The notes under the pieces are model-generated. The model had not been told where the DNA came from, ran no database searches, and saw only the letters and a list, made by a program, of their open reading frames with translations. A DNA stretch of 52,679 nt. Origin: Candidatus Kaiserbacteria bacterium RIFCSPHIGHO2_02_FULL_55_25. Its GTDB lineage: Bacteria > Patescibacteriota > Minisyncoccia > Phycocordibacterales > UBA2100. Position 1 is the stretch's first letter. Each line of letters starts with the position of its first letter. The stretch covers positions 1-52,679 of the forward strand of contig MFLL01000010.1 in assembly GCA_001781335.1 (NCBI GenBank), read 5' to 3'. The position numbers and the translations under genes were made by a program. Shown in pieces: positions 10,057 to 19,428 of this stretch.

Positions 10057-10719
10057 GCGGAAACACCAATCATGACGCCGCGCGCAAGCGCCAAGTCGAC
10101 ACAAGACTTCGTGCCGATTTCCCAAGTACGCGATGGTGTTGTGCTCCTCAAAGACGGCGGACTACGGGCGGTCCTGCTCGCATCAAGCATCAACTTCGCA
10201 CTCAAAAGCGAAGACGAGCAGACCGCGTTTATCGTGCAATTCCAGAACTTTCTCAACTCTCTCGATTTTTCGTTGCAGATATTCGTGCAGTCGCGCATGC
10301 TCGACATCCGTCCGTACGTTGCGACACTCGAGGCCGCGTACAAGGAGCAACTCGACGACCTCATGCGCATCCAAATCCGTGAATACATCGAGTTCATCAA
10401 AAGCTTCACCGAAGCCGCCAACATCATGACGAAAAACTTCTTCGTTGTTGTGCCGTATTCGCCCGCGGTCATCACGAAACGCGGCGGCGCGAGCGCGCTG
10501 AACCCGTTCGGCAAAAAACAGACGGCGAGCGAGGCCGACCACTCGTTCGAAGAACAAGTGAGCCAGCTGGAGCAGCGCATTTCTATCGTCCAGCAGGGCC
10601 TCGTGCGTACCGGTGTGCGCACCGTGCAGCTCGGCACCGAGGAGGCGATAGAGTTGCTCTACAAAATGTTCAACCCCGGCGAAGAGGGCAAGCCGATGCC
10701 CGTTCAGGGCAGTCAGTAG
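10054..10719 (+). CDS. Conserved protein preceding VirB4 (resembles TraE/VirB4 N-terminal accessory region)
   Basis: STQDFVPI..VRDGVVLLKDG..SSINFALKSEDEQ..FQNFLNSLDF; position between prgI and virB4. Confidence 0.75.
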   Translation: MAETPIMTPRASAKSTQDFVPISQVRDGVVLLKDGGLRAVLLASSINFALKSEDEQTAFIVQFQNFLNSLDFSLQIFVQSRMLDIRPYVATLEAAYKEQLDDLMRIQIREYIEFIKSFTEAANIMTKNFFVVVPYSPAVITKRGGASALNPFGKKQTASEADHSFEEQVSQLEQRISIVQQGLVRTGVRTVQLGTEEAIELLYKMFNPGEEGKPMPVQGSQ

Positions 10720-10724
10720 CTGAC

Positions 10725-10820
10725 AGAACGTAGTACGTAGAAAATACAATGCAAACACAAGATACAATTCAGGGCATCCTCACTACGTTCTACGTACTAC
10801 GTTCTACGTACTAATCTATG
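10725..10820 (+). repeat. 96-bp intergenic element, copy 2 (mini-ORF 10749-10814)
   Basis: Direct repeat of 9961-10056; 10725-10740 is the exact reverse complement of 10790-10805. Confidence 0.9.
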
Positions 10821-12737
10821 AACCTTACCGACCTTCTTCCGTTCAAGAAAAAAGCCGCCGCGGGGCCGGATATTTTGCCGGTACTACCCGAAGAAATCTA
10901 CCAGACGGGGGTACTCGACCTGCAGGACGTCATCGCACCGCATGCGCTCAAGGTAAATTCTCGCGAACTCGACTTGGGCGAGAAAATCGCGCGCACTTTC
11001 TTCGTCATTTCATACCCGCGCTTTCTCACCACGGGATGGTTCGCCCCCATCATCAACATGGACAAGGTCATCGACATTTCCATCTTCGTCCATCCGATGG
11101 ACACCAACGAAATGCTCCGTAAGTTCCAGAAAAAAGTCGCCGAGGTGCAGAGCCAAATCTCGACGCGCGAGCAGAAGGGGATGGTCCGTGACCCGATGCT
11201 CGATACCGCATACTCCGACCTCGAGCAGTTGCGCGACAGCCTCCAGCAGGCGCAGGAACGCATCTTCGACGTCGGACTCTACCTCACCATCTACGGCAAC
11301 ACGCGCGAAGAGATAGACAAGGTGGAGAGCGACGTGCGCTCCATTCTCGAATCGCGCCTCGTGTACATCCGCCCCGCACTCTTCCAGCAGGAACAGGGTT
11401 TCCGCTCCGTCCTCCCGCTGTGCACCGACGAGCTCGACGTGCACACAAAACTCAATTCCGCGCCGCTCTCATCCATCTTCCCGTTCATCTCGTTCGACCT
11501 CACCTCCGACCGCGGCATTCTCTACGGCATCAACCGTCACAATTCATCTCTTATTCTCTTCGACCGCTTCTCGCTCGAAAACTACAACTCCGTGACGTTT
11601 GCAAAATCCGGCGCCGGCAAAAGCTACACAACAAAACTTGAGATATTGCGCTCTCTCATGTTCGACACCGAGGTCATTGTCATCGACCCTGAGCGCGAAT
11701 ACGAATATCTCGCGGAGACCGTCGGCGGGCGCTACTTCAATATCTCCCTCTCCTCGGAGCACCACATTAATCCTTTTGACCTGCCCATCCCGCGCGAAGA
11801 TGAAAATCCGAGCGACGTGCTTCGCAACAACATCATCACGCTCGTCGGGCTCTTCCGCATCATGCTCGGCGGGCTCACGCCGGAGGAAGACGCCGTCATT
11901 GACAAGGCAATCACCGAAACCTACGCGCTCAAAGACATCACCTCGGATACGAATTTCGCACAGGTTGAGCCGCCGCTCCTCTCCGACTTCGAGCTCGTTC
12001 TATCCGGCATGGAGGGGAGCGAGTCGCTCGTGCAGCGTCTGTCCAAGTACACGAAGGGTACGTGGTCGGGATTCATGAACCGCCCGACGAACGTCGACAT
12101 GAATAAAAAGCTCGTCGTCTTCTCGGTGCGCGACATGGAAGACGACCTCAAACCGGTCGCGATGTACATAATCACGCACCACATCTGGAATCAGGTGCGC
12201 AAAGAGCTCCGCAAGCGCCTACTCGTCATCGACGAAGCCTGGTGGATGATGCGCTCCGAAGACACCGCGTCGTTCCTTTTCTCCATCGCAAAACGCGGCC
12301 GCAAATACTACCTTGGTATCTCGACCATCACACAGGACGTGTCCGACTTCCTGAACTCCCCGTACGGCATTCCTATGATAACCAACTCGTCCATTCAGCT
12401 CCTGCTACGCCAATCACCGACCTCCGTCGACCTCGTACAAAGCACGTTCAAGCTCTCCGACGAAGAGAAGTACCTTCTGCTCGAGAGCGACGTGGGGGAG
12501 GGTATCTTCTTTGCCGGTCTAAAACACGTTGCGCTCAAAGTCATCGCCTCATATACGGAAGATCAGATCATTACCTCGGACCCGTCGCAAATTCTCGCAA
12601 TCAAAAAGGCGAAACAGGAGCTCGACGCGTCGAATGACGCGCCCCGGCCCGTTGCCATGCCCGCCGCGCACGCACCGGGCACCGACACCGCACCAGCGCC
12701 GCAGGCTCCGTCCAGTAACGCCCTACGGGAGGTATGA
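10818..12737 (+). CDS. virB4: VirB4-like type IV secretion ATPase
   Basis: Walker A AKSGAGKS, VIDPEREY, INPFD, Walker B LLVIDEAW, KRGRKY, TITQDVSDF. Confidence 0.92.
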   Translation: MNLTDLLPFKKKAAAGPDILPVLPEEIYQTGVLDLQDVIAPHALKVNSRELDLGEKIARTFFVISYPRFLTTGWFAPIINMDKVIDISIFVHPMDTNEMLRKFQKKVAEVQSQISTREQKGMVRDPMLDTAYSDLEQLRDSLQQAQERIFDVGLYLTIYGNTREEIDKVESDVRSILESRLVYIRPALFQQEQGFRSVLPLCTDELDVHTKLNSAPLSSIFPFISFDLTSDRGILYGINRHNSSLILFDRFSLENYNSVTFAKSGAGKSYTTKLEILRSLMFDTEVIVIDPEREYEYLAETVGGRYFNISLSSEHHINPFDLPIPREDENPSDVLRNNIITLVGLFRIMLGGLTPEEDAVIDKAITETYALKDITSDTNFAQVEPPLLSDFELVLSGMEGSESLVQRLSKYTKGTWSGFMNRPTNVDMNKKLVVFSVRDMEDDLKPVAMYIITHHIWNQVRKELRKRLLVIDEAWWMMRSEDTASFLFSIAKRGRKYYLGISTITQDVSDFLNSPYGIPMITNSSIQLLLRQSPTSVDLVQSTFKLSDEEKYLLLESDVGEGIFFAGLKHVALKVIASYTEDQIITSDPSQILAIKKAKQELDASNDAPRPVAMPAAHAPGTDTAPAPQAPSSNALREV

Positions 12738-13774
12738 AACGGCTCGTGCTCGCAGTGCTCGCTATCGTGTTTGTGGCTGTGGTGTACCTGCCTGCGCAGG
12801 CAGGCGCACAATTCCTGATTCCGGGCGCGGAAAGCGCGCTTTCTGTTTCGTTCTCTCCGCAATATCCCGCACCGGACAGCAATGTCACATTGACACTTCA
12901 GAGTTCGCTGTACGACCTCGACTCAAGTTCCGTTACGTGGACGGTCAACGGAAAGGAGGCTACCAGCGGAGACGCGGCGACACCTGTCAATGTGAAGACG
13001 GGTCCGCTGGGAAGTAAGACCGACGTGCGGGCCGACATCACGGGGCCGAATGGTTCGGCATCGGCCACCGCGACCATCATCCCGTCCTCCGTCGACCTCT
13101 TGTGGGAATCCGACTCGTACGTCCCGCCTTTTTACAGCGGTCGTGCGCTGCCGTCCGCGGGCTCTCGCGTGCGGCTTGTCGCGCTCACGCATTTTGTGCG
13201 CCCAGGCGGAGGAGAAATCCCCGCGGACCAGATTGTTTTTACGTGGACCAAAGACAGTGAGGTTCTCGGCGACTCTTCCGGTCGAGGTAAATCGTCAATA
13301 ACAGTCGACGGACCGACCCTCTTCGGGACGGAGACGATTGTAGTTGAAGCAGCATCCCTCGACGGAAGTATTGCGGGGCAGGCACTCATACGCATTCCCG
13401 ACACGGAACCGAAGCTTACGCTGTATGAAAACCACCCGCTCTTTGGGGTGCTGTATCATCAGGCACTCGGTGCCACCACGTTCGTGCCGAAAAACGAAAT
13501 GTCGTTCACTGCGGTTCCGTACTTCGCTTCCGCCGTCTCCTCCGGCGACGTCGGCTTGCAATATGAGTGGCGTGTAAACCAGAGTCCCATCACCACTAGT
13601 CCGACGCACGGCAATGAAATAACCGTCAACGCAGCCTCGTCGACGGGACTCATGGCGCTCATCAACCTCTCGCTCACGCATGTGTCGAATTACTTTCTAA
13701 GCGCAGCGGGATCGTGGAGCGTTACCTTCAACAAAAGTGGTGGCCCGGCCGGCGGGGATGTCTTCCATCAATAA
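12734..13774 (+). CDS. Secreted beta-rich (Ig-like) hypothetical protein
   Basis: Signal peptide; three repeated (V/F/Y)xWxxN/D beta segments; translationally coupled to virB4 (ATGA). Confidence 0.8.
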   Translation: MKRLVLAVLAIVFVAVVYLPAQAGAQFLIPGAESALSVSFSPQYPAPDSNVTLTLQSSLYDLDSSSVTWTVNGKEATSGDAATPVNVKTGPLGSKTDVRADITGPNGSASATATIIPSSVDLLWESDSYVPPFYSGRALPSAGSRVRLVALTHFVRPGGGEIPADQIVFTWTKDSEVLGDSSGRGKSSITVDGPTLFGTETIVVEAASLDGSIAGQALIRIPDTEPKLTLYENHPLFGVLYHQALGATTFVPKNEMSFTAVPYFASAVSSGDVGLQYEWRVNQSPITTSPTHGNEITVNAASSTGLMALINLSLTHVSNYFLSAAGSWSVTFNKSGGPAGGDVFHQ

Positions 13775-13777
13775 CGT

Positions 13778-14995
13778 ATGCCGTCTTCTTACCACATGCT
13801 CAGATACGCAGTCGCCGCCATCGTCGTGATGATGCTCGGCGGGCTTCTCGGTTGGTATATGTTTGTGAACAAACAGGTCGCCACCACGCTCGGCAACGAC
13901 GCGGCGCGCGGCTTCGGAACGTCGGCATCATTCGGGTCATCTGCCGGAAGTACGTATACCAACAACTCGGCGGGGTCGACACTCCCGGATGTTCAAGCGG
14001 GTACCGGCAATCCAGCGCCACGTCTCTGGAAGGTGGCCTCTACGCCGGTTTCCGGTGCTGGATTTGCTGCATCCTCGACACAGCTGTACTTCGCCGAGCG
14101 TTCATCCGGCAACGTCCTCGTCGCGGACCCGTTCGTGTCATCGGTCACGCGCCTCACGAATACGTTGTTACCGAAGGTGTACGAGGCACTATTCGCGTCA
14201 GACGGCTCTGTCTTGCTCCGCTCGACAACTGATACGGACACCATAAGCACATACGCCGGCACGGTAAGCACGACGACTGACGAGGGCCCCGTACCGCTCA
14301 CCGGCACATACCTGCCGCAAAATATCACAGCGGTGAGTGTGCGTTCCCCGCAGCAACTGCTCTTTCTTGTGACAGCGCCTACCGGCGGAGCGGCTGGAGT
14401 CACCGCGAACTGGAGGGGCTCGTCGCAGAAACCCGTTTTCGCTTCCACACTGCAGGAGTGGCGCGTATGGTGGCTTGCCGACGGCCGCATGTATGTTGCA
14501 CAAAAACCGTCTGACGGCGTCATGGGATACGCCTTTACGCTCAAGGGTGGCGCGTTACTAAGTCTCGTGAACGCCCCGGGTCTCTCGATATTGCCGCGGA
14601 CCGACTCTACTGCACTTATATACAGCAGTTCGGCCGGTGGCGTGAACCTGTTCGGGCAAACCTCGGCAAGCGCCACCCCGGTACGGCTTTCTGTCCGTAC
14701 TCTTGCCGAGAAGTGTGTCTGGGCACCCGGCAAAGACCTCATTGCATACTGCGCGGTGCCGCAGGTGACGCCGACGAAGGTCGACTATATGGAAGAGTGG
14801 TACCGCGGCGCGACCCACACGTCGGACGCGTGGTGGAAAGTTGATGTATCCTCCGGTACGGCGCAAAGCCAATTTACGCCGGACTCCGGCACCTCGTTCG
14901 ACGTTGAACATCCCGTCATCAACGAAAACGGCGATTACATCGCTTTCATAAATGCCGCCGACAAATCACTCTGGATGCTGCGCATAACACCATGA
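13778..14995 (+). CDS. Membrane-anchored beta-rich (possible propeller) protein
   Basis: N-terminal TM, Ser/Thr-rich linker, EKCVW..YCAVP segment, C-terminal YIAFINAADKSLW. Confidence 0.8.
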   Translation: MPSSYHMLRYAVAAIVVMMLGGLLGWYMFVNKQVATTLGNDAARGFGTSASFGSSAGSTYTNNSAGSTLPDVQAGTGNPAPRLWKVASTPVSGAGFAASSTQLYFAERSSGNVLVADPFVSSVTRLTNTLLPKVYEALFASDGSVLLRSTTDTDTISTYAGTVSTTTDEGPVPLTGTYLPQNITAVSVRSPQQLLFLVTAPTGGAAGVTANWRGSSQKPVFASTLQEWRVWWLADGRMYVAQKPSDGVMGYAFTLKGGALLSLVNAPGLSILPRTDSTALIYSSSAGGVNLFGQTSASATPVRLSVRTLAEKCVWAPGKDLIAYCAVPQVTPTKVDYMEEWYRGATHTSDAWWKVDVSSGTAQSQFTPDSGTSFDVEHPVINENGDYIAFINAADKSLWMLRITP

Positions 14996-15735
14996 CATCA
15001 CTTCGCTCACATGTTCGCGTCGCTCTTGCGCTATTCGCCTTTGGTATCGTGTTTGTCGCCACGGTGGTTTACGCGCAAGCGCCCCTGTGCGACGGCAAGG
15101 GCTTCTGCGCACTCGCGGTCCCCCCACCTTCTTCGAAGTTGGGACAACTGTACGGCACGACAAGTCTCGCCGGATTTCTCAACGGTCTCTTTACAGCCGC
15201 AATTTCCATCGGCGCGATACTCGCGGTACTGCGGATTGCCTATGCGGGATATGAATACATGACGAGCGATGCGTGGGGGAATAAGGCGCGTGCCAAAGAA
15301 ATCATCGGTGATGTCGTCCTCGGGCTGATGCTTCTGCTTGGCACATACCTGATTCTCAACCAAATAAACCCGCAACTGCTCAACCTGAACATTCTGACTG
15401 GCGTCTCGCAAAACCCCTCCGCGGCGACACCAGCGTCTGCAGACCCGTATGCCGCGAGAAACGCCGAGATAGTGCGACAGCAGGAAGCGATTACGCAAGC
15501 CCGGGATGCAAAGTACTCACCGGCCCAGTGTTCGGCCGCCACTCAATGGCTTGACCAGAACATCGGGGTCGGCAACCGCATAAACAATCCGACGCGCGTA
15601 AATGAAATAAACGGACAATTGGCTCGGGGAGGAATTTCCGCAGATCAGCGCACTGCCCTCATCGCCGAGCGCTCAAGTCTCATGAATCAAGTGCAGTTGA
15701 GTATCGCGACCGAGGCGAGTTGTGCCGGTCGTTAG
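14992..15735 (+). CDS. VirB2/TrbC-like pilin with C-terminal extension
   Basis: Signal peptide, then TM-AGYEYMTS...AKEII-TM-ILNQINPQLL pattern. Confidence 0.8.
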   Translation: MTSLRSHVRVALALFAFGIVFVATVVYAQAPLCDGKGFCALAVPPPSSKLGQLYGTTSLAGFLNGLFTAAISIGAILAVLRIAYAGYEYMTSDAWGNKARAKEIIGDVVLGLMLLLGTYLILNQINPQLLNLNILTGVSQNPSAATPASADPYAARNAEIVRQQEAITQARDAKYSPAQCSAATQWLDQNIGVGNRINNPTRVNEINGQLARGGISADQRTALIAERSSLMNQVQLSIATEASCAGR

Positions 15736-15811
15736 TACCTCCACTCTCAACAGTACCCGGAAGAGTACGACGACTGCCTGTCGGCCGTGACCCCGTCTCA
15801 CCTTGTGACTC

Positions 15812-16288
15812 TTACTCTGTGGAGTATTTTATTACTACTCGGCGATTTCGCCCCTCTCCTTGCGATTCTGTCTTCACATTCGGTGCGTCTTGAAGCGTTG
15901 TGTGAATGATGAGGCGTTCATAGGCACTCATCGGTGTGAGTTCTACATCGTATTGAAAAGAGCGCGCGCGTTCCGCCAGCATGAGCGCTTTGGTCTGCAA
16001 ATCTTTTATCTGTTTCGCCCGGTAGTCGTTGATATCAACGAGGAACATCGGGCTATCCGCCCCCTCCGCGACCGGCTGCCGTTTCTCTAGAATCTTTTTT
16101 ACGAGCATATCGAGCGCATAGATGGTGTCGCCGTGTGCGCCGATGAGCGTGCGGGCATCGTCGGTCTCTATCGTGAAGATGGTCTGGCCGGCGATGTCGG
16201 TGCGCGTGACGCCTTTGTAGGAAGCTCCGAGTGTGGTCAATAACTCCTTGATGATTGTTTCGACGGAGCTGGCGTATGAGTCCTCCAT
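15812..16288 (-). CDS. jag: Jag/KhpB-like KH-R3H RNA-binding protein
   Basis: LIGAHGDTIYAL (KH), PMSAYERLIIH and TESQGEGRNRRVVI (R3H); downstream of yidC. Confidence 0.9.
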   Translation of the reverse strand: MEDSYASSVETIIKELLTTLGASYKGVTRTDIAGQTIFTIETDDARTLIGAHGDTIYALDMLVKKILEKRQPVAEGADSPMFLVDINDYRAKQIKDLQTKALMLAERARSFQYDVELTPMSAYERLIIHTTLQDAPNVKTESQGEGRNRRVVIKYSTE

Positions 16289-16329
16289 CGAGGCACTATA
16301 CGCTATTTTCCCGCGACACGCGAATATCC

Positions 16330-17070
16330 TTATTTAGAGGCCTTTTTTGCCGTTCCGAAGCGACGGCCGGTCATGAGTTCCTGTGCAATCATAAAGATGT
16401 TGCCGGTAATCCAGTAGAGCGGCGCGGCCGCGGCTATGAAGTAAGCGATAACACCGACCATCACGGGGAGCATGTAGCGCGCCTGCAAATCGAAGCTCCT
16501 CGCCATGTCGTTGCTGAATGAAGCTTCGGTCGCCGTCTTTTCTCCGCGCGGCCCCATTGAGAGGCGTGTGTAGATGAATTGCGCGACGACAGCAAGGACG
16601 GCGAGTACGAGCGAGCGGCTCGACATATTGATAAGACCGAGGAATTCCATATTCACGGCGTTCGGCACCACGACAAACGGGTACAAGATGGCTGTGTGTA
16701 TCTCGGGCAACCCGCCGAGCGCAAAGACCCAGTAGAGGCCGAGCAGTATCGGGAGCTGAATGAGAATGAGCAAAAAACCGGAGAACGGTTTGACTCCTCG
16801 CTCACGATACAGCGCGAAGATTGCCTTGCTTTGCTCTTCCGGCTTATCTTTGAGTCTCTTCTTGATCTCCTCTACTTCCGGCGCCACCTCTTTCATTTTC
16901 ATCTGTGTTTTGATGGCGCTTCTCGACAACGGGTAGAGTACGATACGGACCATAATGGTCACGATGATGACGGCGATACCGACATCATGCGTCGGTAGGA
17001 TGCCGACAAAATAGACGAGTCCATTGTAAATCGGATTGTAGACGAGTGTGTCGAATACGGCGCCTATCAT
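16330..17070 (-). CDS. yidC: Membrane protein insertase YidC/Oxa1
   Basis: GIAVIIVTIMVRIVLYPL, LIQLPILLGLY, LYWITGNIFMIAQ; canonical position. Confidence 0.93.
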   Translation of the reverse strand: MIGAVFDTLVYNPIYNGLVYFVGILPTHDVGIAVIIVTIMVRIVLYPLSRSAIKTQMKMKEVAPEVEEIKKRLKDKPEEQSKAIFALYRERGVKPFSGFLLILIQLPILLGLYWVFALGGLPEIHTAILYPFVVVPNAVNMEFLGLINMSSRSLVLAVLAVVAQFIYTRLSMGPRGEKTATEASFSNDMARSFDLQARYMLPVMVGVIAYFIAAAAPLYWITGNIFMIAQELMTGRRFGTAKKASK

Positions 17071-17115
17071 AATTCAACGATTGTATACCGTATCCCGCTG
17101 CACGTATACTGTGGG

Positions 17116-17430
17116 CTACAAGCGGCCGACGAGTGCGGCTATGTCATCGCGAATATCCGCGAATGAGGCCCCTGCCGCGTCCCGTTTTGCGACAAATACA
17201 TACGTGCCGGCGGGCGCGGCGGTGAGATGCTTGAGCAGGGAAGCGCGCCAGCGGCGCTTGATGAGATTGCGGTCGACAGCTTTTATGGCGACTTTTTTGG
17301 AGACAACAACGCCGAATCGCGCGGTCTTGCCGCCGGACGTTGCCGAAACGGAGAAAAGAGCCCCGCTCATACGGCGCGCGGGCCTCATGGTCCTCATTTC
17401 GGCTCCAGTGAGACGGTGTTTCGGGGGCAT
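17116..17430 (-). CDS. rnpA: Ribonuclease P protein component
   Basis: RFGVVVSKKVAIKAVDRNLIKRR; ATG at 17430 overlaps the rpmH stop (TAATG). Confidence 0.92.
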   Translation of the reverse strand: MPPKHRLTGAEMRTMRPARRMSGALFSVSATSGGKTARFGVVVSKKVAIKAVDRNLIKRRWRASLLKHLTAAPAGTYVFVAKRDAAGASFADIRDDIAALVGRL

Positions 17431-17564
17431 TACGCGGAAAGGCGGGCGCGGCCCTTGCGGCGACGGCGCTGCAAAAGCTTGCGGCCCGTCGGTGTGGAGC
17501 TCCTTACGCGGAACCCGTGCGTCTTCTGGCGCTTGCGCTTTTTCGGCTGATACGTGCGTTTCAT
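17430..17564 (-). CDS. rpmH: 50S ribosomal protein L34 (absent from ORF track)
   Basis: Manual translation [44 protein letters not shown]. Confidence 0.97.
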   Translation of the reverse strand: MKRTYQPKKRKRQKTHGFRVRSSTPTGRKLLQRRRRKGRARLSA

Positions 17565-17733
17565 GGCTTGCATCATACGCGAACTGCCTCAAATCTCCAA
17601 CCCCTCTCCCGAAAAAGAGTCAGAATCGTTTTCCGCCGTGTTCGCAGCGCGACGGCGCGAGATTCAGGGACCTTTCAGCAGAAAGGTACCCGACGGCGGA
17701 AAGCGATTCTGACTCTTTTTACTTCTCCCCACT

Positions 17734-17742
17734 TTATCCACA
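17734..17742 (+). promoter_or_regulatory. DnaA box upstream of dnaA
   Basis: Perfect TTATCCACA in the rpmH-dnaA intergenic region. Confidence 0.8.
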
Positions 17743-17832
17743 CGTTGTTCACCCCATATCGGGAAAAGCGCAAGCTTCACGGACGGGATAACGCGCGTAT
17801 AATGTCTGGGCTTATAGCTTGCGCATGACACT

Positions 17833-19182
17833 ATGACGACGAACAGGGAACTATGGCAGCATGCGCTCGTTCAGATCGAGTTGGGAACATCGCAAGCATC
17901 GTTCCGCACGTGGTTCCGGAATACCGATATCGCCTCTCGCGACATCGGCACCGTACAGGTGGCTGTCCCGTCAAAAATCGTGAAAGAGTGGCTCATGGAG
18001 AAACACCACAAGCTCATCCTCAAGGCGCTCCGCGGTCTCGACAACACAGTCCGCACTGTTGAGTATGTGGTTCACCGCACCCCTCCCTCCGCCGAACGCA
18101 AGGTGCCACGGCCCCAGCCGTCGGGAAACGCCTCTCTCGACCTCCAGTCGCTCTATATAGACAAGCGTGACAACTTAAACCCGCGCTACACATTCGAAAC
18201 GTTCGTCGTGGGACCGTTCAACCAGCTCGCGCATGCCGCTGCGAAAGCGGTGCTCGAGCGTCCGGGTCTCGCATACAATCCGCTTTTCATCTACGGACAA
18301 ACGGGTCACGGGAAGACACACCTCATACAGGCGGTGGGAAACTACTTCAAGAAGTCACACGCGAACAAGAAAGTGCTGTACGTCACCTCGGAACGCTTTG
18401 CCGTCGACTACATCAATTCGGTGCGCGCGGGCCGCGCCAACAGCTTCAAAGACCAGTACCGGCAGTATGACGTTCTCATCATGGACGACGTACAGTTCAT
18501 CGCGAACACTGAAAAAACGCAGGAGGAGCTGTTCCACCTGTTCAACGCGCTGCACGACAACAACAAACAGATTGTATTCTCCTCCGACAAACACCCGACG
18601 CTACTTCCCGGGTTCGAAGACAGGCTCAAGGGACGTTTCTCGGCCGGCATGATAGCGGAGATACCGGAACCGGACGTGGAGTCGAGAATAGCCATAATTA
18701 AAGCCAAGATTGAGCAACACGGCTTCTCGCTTCCGGACGACATAATCCAGTACATTGCGGAGAATGTGCGCGGTAATATCCGCGAACTCGAAGGCGCGCT
18801 CAATATGATTGTCTGCAAATCACAACTCAAAGGGAAAGCGATATCACACGCCGACGTCCGCGCGCTTATCAAACACAACGTGAAGCCCAACAGGGGTGTC
18901 TCCGTCGACGAAGTGGTACGAAGAATCGCGCAGTACTACGAGATACCGGAGAAGAGCATCTACGAGAAAACACGCAAGAAGGAGGTGGTGAAGCCGCGGC
19001 AGATTATTATGTACATGCTACGCGAAGAGTTCAGTGTCTCGTACCCGTCGATAGGGGAGAAGCTCGGTGGACGCGACCATACGACCGTCATCCACTCATG
19101 CGAAAAAATAAAAGAGGAGTTGAAAATGAACAATTCGCTCGAACAGGAAATCGACCACATCCGCACACTCATCCACGCATAA
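17833..19182 (+). CDS. dnaA: Chromosomal replication initiator DnaA
   Basis: LNPRYTFETFVVG, YNPLFIYGQTGHGKTHL, DDVQF, RELEGAL, GGRDHTTVIH. Confidence 0.98.
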   Translation: MTTNRELWQHALVQIELGTSQASFRTWFRNTDIASRDIGTVQVAVPSKIVKEWLMEKHHKLILKALRGLDNTVRTVEYVVHRTPPSAERKVPRPQPSGNASLDLQSLYIDKRDNLNPRYTFETFVVGPFNQLAHAAAKAVLERPGLAYNPLFIYGQTGHGKTHLIQAVGNYFKKSHANKKVLYVTSERFAVDYINSVRAGRANSFKDQYRQYDVLIMDDVQFIANTEKTQEELFHLFNALHDNNKQIVFSSDKHPTLLPGFEDRLKGRFSAGMIAEIPEPDVESRIAIIKAKIEQHGFSLPDDIIQYIAENVRGNIRELEGALNMIVCKSQLKGKAISHADVRALIKHNVKPNRGVSVDEVVRRIAQYYEIPEKSIYEKTRKKEVVKPRQIIMYMLREEFSVSYPSIGEKLGGRDHTTVIHSCEKIKEELKMNNSLEQEIDHIRTLIHA

Positions 19183-19428
19183 TCGAAATCTCTCTCCAAT
19201 AACCCTGTGGACAAACTCTATATAAATCACCCACAACACCCCGAACAACATCATGATAACTTCACCAAACACCGGCCTGGCAGAATTATCCCCTTTCTCT
19301 GCACATTTCACACACCAGTTCTCAACATTTCAAAATACCCAAATCACTAACCAATATCTCACTTAAATTCACTTCTCCCCACTATCCCCAGTACTAATAG
19401 AAGTAATAGTATTTAAATAAGAAAAAGT
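19183..19428. other. Probable replication origin (oriC)
   Basis: AT-rich dnaA-dnaN spacer with degenerate DnaA boxes (TGTGGACAA 19206, TTATCCCCT 19286, TTCTCAACA 19319, TTCTCCCCA 19373, CTATCCCCA 19382) followed by a trinucleotide-like TAC TAA TAG AAG TAA TAG tract. Confidence 0.75.

Noticed and set aside
9939..10817. CRISPR array
   Set aside because: Only two long repeats separated by a full gene, short heptamers without spacers, and no cas genes.
9027..10820. Diversity-generating retroelement (Avd-like gene plus a repeat pair)
   Set aside because: No reverse transcriptase in the window; both 96-bp repeats are intergenic and their differences are not confined to adenines of one copy.
2496..15735. 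Integrative conjugative element
   Set aside because: No integrase, relaxase, VirD4 or att-like duplication seen; locus sits among core genes.
17431..17592. N-terminal extension of RnpA
   Set aside because: The region encodes rpmH in another frame.
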